DNA of 64,000 nucleotides from Methanomassiliicoccaceae archaeon (lineage in GTDB: Archaea > Thermoplasmatota > Thermoplasmata > Methanomassiliicoccales > Methanomassiliicoccaceae), in the NCBI GenBank assembly GCA_963728405.1, contig CAVSJV010000007.1, positions 32,001 to 96,000 on the forward strand, written 5' to 3'. The position numbers were made by a program, and so were the translations under genes. The number at the start of each line of letters is the position of its first letter. Position 1 is the stretch's first letter. Of the stretch, positions 41,553 through 50,235 are shown in pieces. The notes under the pieces are model-generated. The model made no database searches and was not told the origin of the DNA. It saw only the letters and a list, made by a program, of their open reading frames with translations.

Positions 41553-42782
41553 ATGATTCGATTTGGTCCAGCGGGCATTCCTCTCTCCTGCAAGGGCAGG
41601 ACCCTCCGTGACGGCATTGAGGACGTACACGGTCTCGGCCTCAATGCGATGGAGGTTCAGATGGTCAGGGTCAACGTCATCGACCGCTTCCCGGACGAGG
41701 AAGAGGTAGGACGGACGCCTTTGGAAGTGGAGAGCGATCTCATTATGGAGATTATGCGGGTCAAGAACAAGAAGGAGGTCCGTATGACCAGGCCCACCGA
41801 GAAGATCAAGGAGGACGACACCTTAATCACCTTGGCTTCCGGGCTCGCTCAGAACTTCAAGGAGCTGAAGGAGCTAGGAGAGATGGGCAAGGAGATGGAC
41901 GTCGAGCTTTCGATGCATACTCCTTATTACATGGACCTCGCTTCGAACTCCGATCTCACCGCGCGGTGCATGGACAACATCCGCTGGGCCGGCACGATGA
42001 CCGACCAGATGGACGGTGGCCTTGTCGTGACCCACCTCGGACTGGCCTCCGACAAGAACAAGAAGGAGGCCAAGAAGAACATCACCGAGAACATCACATC
42101 CATCATGGAGTGGTGGGAGGACAACAAGATCAAGCCGCGCCTCGGCTTCGAGACGAGCGGCCGTCAGGAAGTGTTCGGCTCCCTGGATGAGGTCCTCGAG
42201 ATGTGCGACAGCATCAAGGGCACTGTTCCGGTGATCAACTTCGCCCACGCCCACGCCCGGGAGAGCGGCGGGTTGCGGGAGCCGCAGGACTTCGGCGCTC
42301 TGCTGGACCGCATCAAGGATTACGTCGGCGGGCATTTCTACACCCACTTCTCCGGCGTGGAGCATGAGGGTGGCAATGAGAAGAGGATCACCCCGATCAA
42401 GAAGGGCGATCTCAAGTTCGAACCTCTGGCCGACTTTTTGGCAGAGGAAAATCCCAACATCACCATCATCTCATCGTCCCCGCTGTTGGAGCACGACGCG
42501 ATGTACATGAAGGTCATCTACGAGCGGGTGCTGACCAAGCGCGTCGCCAAGGAGACCAAGGTGAAGAAGGTCGAGACGGGCGGCAAGGACGAGGGCGAGG
42601 AGGAGGAGGGCGAAGAGGAGGGCGAAGAAGAGAAGCCGAGGCCCAAGCCCAAGGTGGAGAAGAAGCCCGCCCCCAAGCCGGCCGAGAAGCCCAAGGCGCC
42701 GGTCAAAGGGCCGACCAAGGTCATGCCCCTCAAGGTCGCGGTGGCCAAGGCCGCCCCGGCCGCGGCGAAGAAGAAGCGGTAG
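41553..42782 (+). CDS. Endonuclease IV-like TIM-barrel protein (AP endonuclease 2 family) with acidic then Lys/Pro/Ala-rich tail
   Basis: IRFGPAGIP, LNAMEVQ, SMHTPYY, ETSG, NFAHAHAR, HFSG. Confidence 0.85.
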   Translation: MIRFGPAGIPLSCKGRTLRDGIEDVHGLGLNAMEVQMVRVNVIDRFPDEEEVGRTPLEVESDLIMEIMRVKNKKEVRMTRPTEKIKEDDTLITLASGLAQNFKELKELGEMGKEMDVELSMHTPYYMDLASNSDLTARCMDNIRWAGTMTDQMDGGLVVTHLGLASDKNKKEAKKNITENITSIMEWWEDNKIKPRLGFETSGRQEVFGSLDEVLEMCDSIKGTVPVINFAHAHARESGGLREPQDFGALLDRIKDYVGGHFYTHFSGVEHEGGNEKRITPIKKGDLKFEPLADFLAEENPNITIISSSPLLEHDAMYMKVIYERVLTKRVAKETKVKKVETGGKDEGEEEEGEEEGEEEKPRPKPKVEKKPAPKPAEKPKAPVKGPTKVMPLKVAVAKAAPAAAKKKR

Positions 42783-42790
42783 GGGCCCGG

Positions 42791-43330
42791 ATGCAGGACT
42801 CGCTGCGGTACATCCTGAGGGAGATGGAGGAGGCGCTGGCCCGCACTGATCCCAAAGCGGTCGAGGGCGCCATCGCTGCCCTCGCCGCGGCGAGGAAGAT
42901 ATTCATCTACGGGGTCGGCCGCTCCGGGCTGGTCGGTCAGGCGTTCGCCGTTCGGCTGGTCCAGATGGGTTTCGATGTGCACTTCGTCGGTGACATGACC
43001 ACGCCATTCGTGGACGAGTGCGACCTTGTGATCATTGTCTCCAACACCGGTGAGACCATGTCCGCGGTGCAGACCGCCAATATCGTACGCAGGGTCGGGG
43101 CGAAGGTCATATCGGTGACCTCGAACCCCAACTCCAAGCTCGGCCACGCGTCCAACATCATCCTGGAGGTCGGCCAGGCCAAGGATGACCAGAAGAAGAA
43201 GTATGCTCCGCTGGGGACGATATTCGAGGACGCCGCCCTAGTGCTCTTCGACTCGCTCGTGCCGGTGATCATGGAGCGTACGGGCCAGAACGAGGCGTCG
43301 CTACGCCGCCGACACGCCATCTGGGTCTGA
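42791..43330 (+). CDS. hxlB: 6-phospho-3-hexuloisomerase (SIS domain)
   Basis: YGVGRSGL...FAVRL, SNTGET, APLGTIFE. Confidence 0.85.
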   Translation: MQDSLRYILREMEEALARTDPKAVEGAIAALAAARKIFIYGVGRSGLVGQAFAVRLVQMGFDVHFVGDMTTPFVDECDLVIIVSNTGETMSAVQTANIVRRVGAKVISVTSNPNSKLGHASNIILEVGQAKDDQKKKYAPLGTIFEDAALVLFDSLVPVIMERTGQNEASLRRRHAIWV

Positions 43331-43349
43331 AGGATCATTCCGAAAAGAC

Positions 43350-43989
43350 TCAACGGTCGGCGGTCTGCCGCATCCGCACCGTCGTCCCGTAGTAAGGGTT
43401 CTGGAACTCATCCCAGTAGATGGCGAACGGCCGGGAGCGGATCTTCCCCTCATCGAGGAAGAACGCCTCGATCTCCTTGCTCACCGGATCGATGACGATG
43501 GCCGAGTGGGCCCTCTGGCCGAACATCGAGCGCTGGGTCTGCACATCCCGTCCCGGACATGAAGCAATGGTACGAGGGATGGGAGTGATACCAGCCGACG
43601 ATGACATAGCGGAAGCCGATCTCCTCGAGCGACTCGAACAACTTCTCGAAGGCCCCCCGGTCGAAGCGGACGCTGACGTCGGTCGCGTCCAGGTCCGTCG
43701 TCGCCACGTCCCGGACCAATGCGTAATCGGCGCCGTTGTGCTGGTAGATGCCGCCGAGCAGCAGGCCCATGACCTCTTTCCGCTCGTTTACATGCATCAG
43801 GGCGTGATTGCGGATCTTCTCCTCTGCTACCTTGGAGATGTACAGCTCATAACTTTTCTTGCTCCGCTCCCGGAACTCGGCCTGGCATTTATCGGTGAGC
43901 CACTTATGTGCCTTGATCCGTTCGGACGGGGGAGGAGTGAGCGCCTTGATCTCGCCGACCTGCCCGCCAGTGATCTGGGGTTGGCTCAC
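43350..43989 (-). CDS. JAMM/MPN+ metalloprotease, Rpn11/CSN5-like (deubiquitinase); one extra G near 43547
   Basis: EVMGLLLG and VGWYHSHPSYHCFMSGT(D). Removing one base joins it to VQTQRSMF...AIVIDP in ORF 43350..43607. Confidence 0.9.
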
Positions 43990-44486
43990 TTGCCCACCAC
44001 CTTGGGGGCGGGGGCGGACAGCATTGGTGGCAGGTGCGTCTCGCCATGATTGAAGTATTCGGCCGCGGCGGTGCAGCTGTCGGTGCCGAACGGGCTCGCC
44101 GGATTGGGGCTCATGACCAGGGACTCAACCCCCTTGATGAACGAGATGATCGTAGAATTGAAGCTCCAGTCCTCCAGGAGCTTGGTGCACAGGTGGCCGC
44201 CGTCCTCCGGCATCATGATGTTGGGATGGAAAATCGAGGTCAGCCAAATGACCGTGGGTTTCTCGAACGGATAGTCCTTGCCGACGATCATGCGGAATCG
44301 GTGGTTGTACCGTAGCGCCACCTTCCCGCCCTCGACGACCGGTCCGGGGACCTTGTTCAGCTCGACATCGATCTCAATGGGAAAGGCCGCTCCCGACCCA
44401 AGGGCCGGTGGGGCGCTGACATAGCTCGAGATGGCGCGCAGTTCGTTCCTCAACCTCGACAGCAGGATATCAGCTGGAAGCGGCAC
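43986..44486 (-). CDS. Ubiquitin-conjugating enzyme E2 (UBC fold)
   Basis: RLRNEL, DYPFEKP, IFHPNI...GHLC (catalytic Cys), W, SLVMSPNPASP. Confidence 0.92.
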   Translation of the reverse strand: MPLPADILLSRLRNELRAISSYVSAPPALGSGAAFPIEIDVELNKVPGPVVEGGKVALRYNHRFRMIVGKDYPFEKPTVIWLTSIFHPNIMMPEDGGHLCTKLLEDWSFNSTIISFIKGVESLVMSPNPASPFGTDSCTAAAEYFNHGETHLPPMLSAPAPKVVGK

Positions 44487-44727
44487 GGCATCCGCCCTCG
44501 GGGTCCGGGATTAGCTCCAGCTCATCATTGTTCATGATGGCCGCCTCGACCACCGTCTGCTGACCGCGCAGCAGCTTCTTGCCCCTCCTTAGAACATAGG
44601 CCCCGGCGTCCTTCTCCCAGTACCCCGCCGCGCCCTCGATGATCTCCACCACGGTGTTCTCCGCCTCTAGCTCCATGTCCACCGTCGACCCGCTCTCCGC
44701 GTTCCTGACCTTCACCCTGAGGGGCAT
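44470..44727 (-). CDS. Ubiquitin-like (beta-grasp) protein; diglycine followed by 6-aa extension
   Basis: Pattern parallels ubiquitin (VKVRNAESG, GKKLLRGQQTV, DELELIP) and ends PEGG-CRAASS. Confidence 0.85.
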   Translation of the reverse strand: MPLRVKVRNAESGSTVDMELEAENTVVEIIEGAAGYWEKDAGAYVLRRGKKLLRGQQTVVEAAIMNNDELELIPDPEGGCRAASS

Positions 44728-45045
44728 AATATCGTTGTTGCGAGATTAATAATGGCAATTAAAACTACCGATTGCAATCAGCTAATCTGATACCAAACCT
44801 CTTAGAATCTTCACCGATCAGCCGAATAAATCCAAACCACTTCCCACTTTTTTGTCCAGACAGAATTCATTCCCAGGGATCATTTGGAAAAATACCGGTT
44901 GCCCCCGCATTATTGTTCGAGGGTAGCATATATGTATAGAATCTGTCCCCCTCGCCTAATAATGGCACGCTTGTCTAATCGCATAACAAATGAGGTCGTC
45001 AATGGCCTGGCTAGAATGTCCATGCGACGAACGTTCGAATAGTAT

Positions 45046-46200
45046 TTGAAGATGCGATTCCCCTTGCTAACCCAGAGCAAATTCATGGAGAACAGCTTAG
45101 CGGGGACTTCTCTAAACGAGGCTGAGGGGTTTAGGTCGAAGGTGGTCAAGGAGATCGGCCGGGAGCAACAGATCTTAGAGGATGTCAAAAAGCCCTCCCA
45201 TAGTTACAGGATCAGCTGGACGATCGCTTTGTTCATCATTGGCCTGTACGTGGTCCTCCTGTTCCTCAACCCGGTAGCCTATCTCCTGTGGCTGATCGTC
45301 GCCTTTATCCTCCGGAGCTTCTACTGGATCAGTTGGTTAATCCCTACTACAAGACACAAAGGCTCTAGACCGAAACAGGAGAGACTCAAATTGTCAGGGA
45401 CTATCAAAGGGCCCATCCGCTACCTTATCAAATGGAAGAAGAAGCTCGGATTGGAGCTAGGGACGACCACGCTGGTGACGGGGATGGCCCCACTGGCTCT
45501 AAGCAACTTCATCCTCTTTGGTATCGGCATCGGCCTGGGGATATACTTTGGCCTCATCAGGCACCTTTACGATTACAATACGACCTTGAACATCCTGGCT
45601 GAGATGGCCCTCATACTGGCCGCCTTTGTCATCATGATATTCATAAGGCCCCAGGAGCGAGGATTCATGCGAATGGCCGAGAAGCTCAGGGGGAGATACG
45701 AGTCGGTACAAAAGAGTGGTAGGATCGTTGCGATCATCGTCATCGCCCTCATGGGCCTATTCGTCGCCCTCCTCGGGTTCGTTTTCGTCCTCTCTATGTT
45801 CGCCCCCGGCGGCACCTGGCAATCGATACTCGCCAAGCTAGAGGCGAATGGTCTCTACAACCTTTACCTCCTCTTGCTCATATTCGTCGGTGAGCTGTTC
45901 CTATTACGACACTTCCAAGCCATCTCCAGTAGGAGGATGATAAGGCGGTACCTGAGCGACCGGATCCCCATGCTGAGGGCCGAAGTGTTGGACCCCCTCG
46001 ACGAAGCCATCTCTCGAGCCAAGGCAGCTAATTCCTCCACCGTGGACCAGAAAGCCTTGAAGGACGCCAAGACCAATTATTACAGCACCATAATTTTCGA
46101 TGTGTTCGATCACAACATTTTTGGCTTTTCACAGGTCTATGTGATAGGACCAAAGTTCAGGGTTCTCCTGGACGAGGACGCCTTAGCTCACATTCGTTGA
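45046..46200 (+). CDS. Hypothetical multi-pass membrane protein, more AT-rich than its flanks
   Basis: 384-aa ORF with about 6-7 TM segments; no recognised family. Confidence 0.7.
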   Translation: MKMRFPLLTQSKFMENSLAGTSLNEAEGFRSKVVKEIGREQQILEDVKKPSHSYRISWTIALFIIGLYVVLLFLNPVAYLLWLIVAFILRSFYWISWLIPTTRHKGSRPKQERLKLSGTIKGPIRYLIKWKKKLGLELGTTTLVTGMAPLALSNFILFGIGIGLGIYFGLIRHLYDYNTTLNILAEMALILAAFVIMIFIRPQERGFMRMAEKLRGRYESVQKSGRIVAIIVIALMGLFVALLGFVFVLSMFAPGGTWQSILAKLEANGLYNLYLLLLIFVGELFLLRHFQAISSRRMIRRYLSDRIPMLRAEVLDPLDEAISRAKAANSSTVDQKALKDAKTNYYSTIIFDVFDHNIFGFSQVYVIGPKFRVLLDEDALAHIR

Positions 46201-47217
46201 ACTGGATAGTAGGGCGATTTTGATTGATTTATTCGATATTACGAATGAGCTCGGAAGGGGTATTTCATTTTCGGCCGCCTCCCCCGCAAACTATCGACTT
46301 CATGTAGCTATTCTGATAGTGAACTTCCCCTCCTTTAGGGTTGAGTCTCTCACCTCGACCACTGGGCGTCGAGCGACCTTCCTTGCCGCTAATATTTCGA
46401 ATGTCCACCCGAGTGATATTCGGCCGTCAGACCAACATGATGTCGTCCACCGCGGAAGAGGTCACTTACCTACAGATAATAACTTTACAGGGGCTGGCAA
46501 AGCAATGGGTAGCAACTCATCTGGCATGACTCGTTCGAATGAAGGATGTTTTCATGGGCCCCCCATGCTCGCTTTTAGTAAAATTGACTCTTCTTGTACC
46601 TCAATGTCCAGACCAGTGGCAAGACGGGATATGAACGACCATCTCTTCATCGCAACGTAGGCAGTCTCGATCGACACGATGGTAGCAAATAGGCTGGCGA
46701 GCAAACCAAACATCCATGATCCTGGAAAGTGGAAGAAAGATGATCCATCGCTTCTCGTGGAGAATGCTACGGCCAAGGTGACCAGTATGTACATTGAGAA
46801 GCATCTTGCGGCTATCTTGATGTCTTCGGAAGCCCATGCAAGAAGGAATGTTATCGGAATAAGGTAGTAGCCCGTGTGGATCTTTAGATATAAAGAACTC
46901 AGTTAACTAAATGGGTCGAAAAGTGTCTGGCATAGCTTTTCTGCTCGGCATTGGCAGAGCAGTTTGGTGCAAAAACATGCCAGACACGACTGGTTCGGAG
47001 CTCAAGATACATAGCGTTGGCATGAGAACGACGAACGATACGTTCGTCGCGGAGAACTGCTCGCGGCGATCATGGTCTCGTACGAGCAATTGAGGGGATG
47101 TGACCTCGATGAGAGATCGCGTCAGAACACCTATTTCTTGATGACTTTTGTATATGATCGTCCAACCGGTTTGTCAGTGAAAGTGCTCGTGGCTATTAAT
47201 CGCTCCTTCGCCCGAGG

Positions 47218-48015
47218 CTATCCGTCCAGATGCATCGGGCAGGCCGGATCGACCGAAAGTTCGAGCTCGTCCCAGGCGTTCCTCAGCCCATTGTAGTGCA
47301 GGACGTGCTTGATGACGGCCTCCTGCCGACGGCAGACGATCTTCAGCGCCTCCCGCACCTGCACCGCGGCGATGAGCGCCGTGGTCGTGATTTCCGCCGG
47401 TACCTTCGGCTCGAAGAACGTCACCTCCGAGCCGGTGCAGGAGTGCCTCCTCTCCAGTATGCGGTAGTGGCTCCGGTTCATTCCACACTGCAGGCACGGG
47501 GTCAAGGGAGGAACGACCACCTGCACCCGGCCAGCGAACCCGTTCGTACCGCCGTCGATGTACGGTACCCCGTTATGGTACGAATGGGCGTTGACATGCA
47601 GCCGCGCCGCCACGTTGTCCAGGCATCCTAGGACGATGTCGTGCTTTTTCCACTCGTCTTCCGGAAGCTCCTCTATCCGCTGTTCGAAGGTGCGGACCTC
47701 CACCGCTGGATCAAGCTCCATGGCCCTCGACGCAACCGCCTCGGTCTTGAACCTCTTGGCCTGCTGGTCCTCCTCGCGGAAGAACACGCAGCGGTTGAGG
47801 TTGGAGCGGACCACCCGGTCCATGTCGATAAGAGTGAGGCGCCTGGCCCCGGCCAGCACTAGGTCCTTCACCGCCTCATTGCCGAGAGCGCCAGCCCCCA
47901 CGACGATGAAGGATGCGCTCTGCACCCGTTCCATATCCAGCCACTCGATCCGTCGGGAGCGCTCCCAGCGGTCCTGGTCGATCTCACCGGCGTGGATGGG
48001 CTCGGTCATTGTCAA
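47218..48015 (-). CDS. E1-like ubiquitin-activating enzyme (ThiF/MoeB/UBA family)
   Basis: VGAGALG, DMDRVVRSNLNR, CLDNVAAR, IDGGT, PCLQC, candidate catalytic Cys in RHSCTG, C-terminal ACPMH; no rhodanese domain. Confidence 0.92.
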   Translation of the reverse strand: MTMTEPIHAGEIDQDRWERSRRIEWLDMERVQSASFIVVGAGALGNEAVKDLVLAGARRLTLIDMDRVVRSNLNRCVFFREEDQQAKRFKTEAVASRAMELDPAVEVRTFEQRIEELPEDEWKKHDIVLGCLDNVAARLHVNAHSYHNGVPYIDGGTNGFAGRVQVVVPPLTPCLQCGMNRSHYRILERRHSCTGSEVTFFEPKVPAEITTTALIAAVQVREALKIVCRRQEAVIKHVLHYNGLRNAWDELELSVDPACPMHLDG

Positions 48016-48223
48016 GTCGCCTTTCGTTCGGCAATGACATTTATCCTGATTAAATAATATTCCCTATGCTATCACCATTGATTATGTTCTGGTGACTTAT
48101 ATTAACCTTCGATATACTCCATCCTATAGTCAGGTGTAAGGCTACGTTAAATGGATGGTTTGATATGCGGACCTCTCGCTTCTTTCGTGGAGCGATGATG
48201 GAGCATTTGGAAGAGGTGACCTG

Positions 48224-48631
48224 ATGGCCTCGTCCGATGGAAATGGGGCGAGGATCCTGCTCATGGACGATGAGGAGAGCATCCTGGAGGTGACCAGCGA
48301 GATCTTGAGGGTGTTCGGCTATGAGGTCGAGAGCGCTCGTGACGGTGAGGAAGCTCTCAACAAATATCACCGCGCCATGCTCGAAGGAAGGAGGTTCGAC
48401 CTGGTCATCATGGACCTGACCGTGCCTATGGGCATGGGCGGCCAGGATGCGGTGCGCGAACTGCTCAAGATCGATCCCCAGGCCCGGGCCATCGTATCGT
48501 CCGGTCACTCTACTGACCCGATCATCTCTAACTACCGGGCCCACGGGTTCGTAGGGGTCATGCCCAAACCGTACCGGATGGAGGAGCTGGACGCCATCGT
48601 GAAGAAGGCATTGGCATCCGCCCCAGGGTAG
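48224..48631 (+). CDS. Stand-alone response regulator receiver
   Basis: ILLMDDE, DLVIMDL..P.GMGG, SSG, KPY. Confidence 0.92.
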   Translation: MASSDGNGARILLMDDEESILEVTSEILRVFGYEVESARDGEEALNKYHRAMLEGRRFDLVIMDLTVPMGMGGQDAVRELLKIDPQARAIVSSGHSTDPIISNYRAHGFVGVMPKPYRMEELDAIVKKALASAPG

Positions 48632-48704
48632 GCCCGGGGGTAGTGGGCCACGGCCAGTCCAAATGATTTTAATATTCCCTGACCGCTTGCCCAATGAGCA
48701 TTCC

Positions 48705-49820
48705 ATGAACGGCGATTTCAAGGTCACCCCCTGGGAGGTCAGCGGCGAGATCGATTACGACCTGCTGGTGGAGAAGTTCGGGACCAAGCGGATCGACCAG
48801 ACGCTGCTCGAGCGCCTAGCCAAGTACGGCGAGCTGCACCCTTTGCTGAAGCGCGGGGTCGTGTATTCGCATCGCGACATGGACTGGGTCCTGGACCGCT
48901 ACGAGGCGGGGGAGCCCTTCTACTTGTACACCGGGCGCGGGCCCTCTGGGCACACCCACCTGGGCCACCTCATGCCCTGGTTGTTCACCAAGTACCTGCA
49001 GGACACCTTCCGAGTACCGTTGTATTTCCAGCTCACCGACGACGAGAAGTTCCTATTCAATAACAACCTGGAGCTCAAGGACACTCGGGAAATGGCGTAC
49101 CAGAACCTCCTGGACGTCATCGCTCTAGGCTTCGATCCCAAGCTGACCAAGATAATGGTCGACACCGAGTACATCCATCACCTTTACCCGCTGGCGTTGA
49201 AGGTGGCCAAGCGGATCACCTTCTCCACGGCCAAAGCGGTCTTCGGGTTCGATAACTCCACCAACATCGGGAGCATCTTCTACACCAGCATCCAGGCCGC
49301 TCCGGCGTTCCTAGGTTCGGAGATCGTGGGCAAGAACATCCCCTGCCTCATCCCGTGCGGGATCGACCAGGACCCTCACTTCCGCGTGACCAGGGACATC
49401 GCCCCGGCCCTCGGCTACTACAAGCCGGCACTGCTGCATAACAAGATGTTCCCCGGGCTGCAGGGCTCGGACAAGATGTCCTCGTCCCAACCGAACTCGA
49501 CGGTGTACACCACCGATCCGCCTAAGCTCGTGCGCAAGAAGATCATGTCGGCGTTCACTGGCGGCGCGGTGTCGGTGGAGGAGCAGAGGAAGAGCGGGGG
49601 CAAGCCCGAGGTCTGTTCCGTCTACAAGTACAAGTTCTATCTCTTCGAGAAGGACGACCAGGTCCTGGCTGACCTGTATGATCGGTGTCGCAAGGGAGAG
49701 ATCCTGTGCGGGGAATGCAAGAAGACCCTCGCCGACAGCATCGTGACCTTCGTGGAGGACCACCAGAAGAAGAGGGAAGAGGCCAAGGACCGGATCGAGG
49801 AGTTCATGCTCCGGGATTGA
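48705..49820 (+). CDS. trpS: Tryptophanyl-tRNA synthetase
   Basis: VTPWEV, YTGRGPS, HLGH, DQDPHF, KMSSS. Confidence 0.97.
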   Translation: MNGDFKVTPWEVSGEIDYDLLVEKFGTKRIDQTLLERLAKYGELHPLLKRGVVYSHRDMDWVLDRYEAGEPFYLYTGRGPSGHTHLGHLMPWLFTKYLQDTFRVPLYFQLTDDEKFLFNNNLELKDTREMAYQNLLDVIALGFDPKLTKIMVDTEYIHHLYPLALKVAKRITFSTAKAVFGFDNSTNIGSIFYTSIQAAPAFLGSEIVGKNIPCLIPCGIDQDPHFRVTRDIAPALGYYKPALLHNKMFPGLQGSDKMSSSQPNSTVYTTDPPKLVRKKIMSAFTGGAVSVEEQRKSGGKPEVCSVYKYKFYLFEKDDQVLADLYDRCRKGEILCGECKKTLADSIVTFVEDHQKKREEAKDRIEEFMLRD

Positions 49821-49827
49821 GACGGAA

Positions 49828-50211
49828 TTGCATCCCATCGGCGTCGTCCGGTCAGTGAAGGGCAATGTCAGCGAGATCGAGCTGCTTCCCGAACTGCAGG
49901 AAGGGCTGTACCGCATCGATGACAACGAAAAGCTCCTGGTCCTTTTCCAGTTCGACCGGAGCGAAGGTTACGAACTGAAGGTCCATCCTCGTGGTGATCC
50001 CAGCAACCCGCTGGTGGGCGTGTTCGCCTCCCGGAGCCCCAACCGGCCTAATCCCATCGGAGCGACCGTGGTCCAGTTGGTCAAGGTGGAGAACAATGTG
50101 CTGACGGTGGAGGGGCTGGACGCCTGGGAGGGGACGCCGGTCCTGGACATCAAGCCGGACCGGCCCCGCCCTGCACTTGATATCGACCGCATCGAGGGAA
50201 AGACTAATTAG
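49828..50211 (+). CDS. tsaA: TsaA/TrmO-like SAM-binding tRNA methyltransferase
   Basis: PIGVV, GVFASRSPNRPNPIG, GLDA..GTPVLDIKP. Confidence 0.88.
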   Translation: MHPIGVVRSVKGNVSEIELLPELQEGLYRIDDNEKLLVLFQFDRSEGYELKVHPRGDPSNPLVGVFASRSPNRPNPIGATVVQLVKVENNVLTVEGLDAWEGTPVLDIKPDRPRPALDIDRIEGKTN

Positions 50212-50235
50212 CTCTAGAGAATTTCACAGTTCATT

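Noticed and set aside
43540-43555. JAMM frameshift just before the catalytic Asp as programmed regulation or inactivation
   Set aside because: It is one extra G in a short G run, typical of the errors throughout this window, and both halves remain well conserved.
47218-48015. E1 as a plain MoeB/ThiF/UbaA sulfur-transfer enzyme
   Set aside because: No moa, thi or tRNA-thiolation genes and no rhodanese domain are nearby, and linkage to an E2, Ubl and JAMM favours conjugation. A dual role is not excluded.
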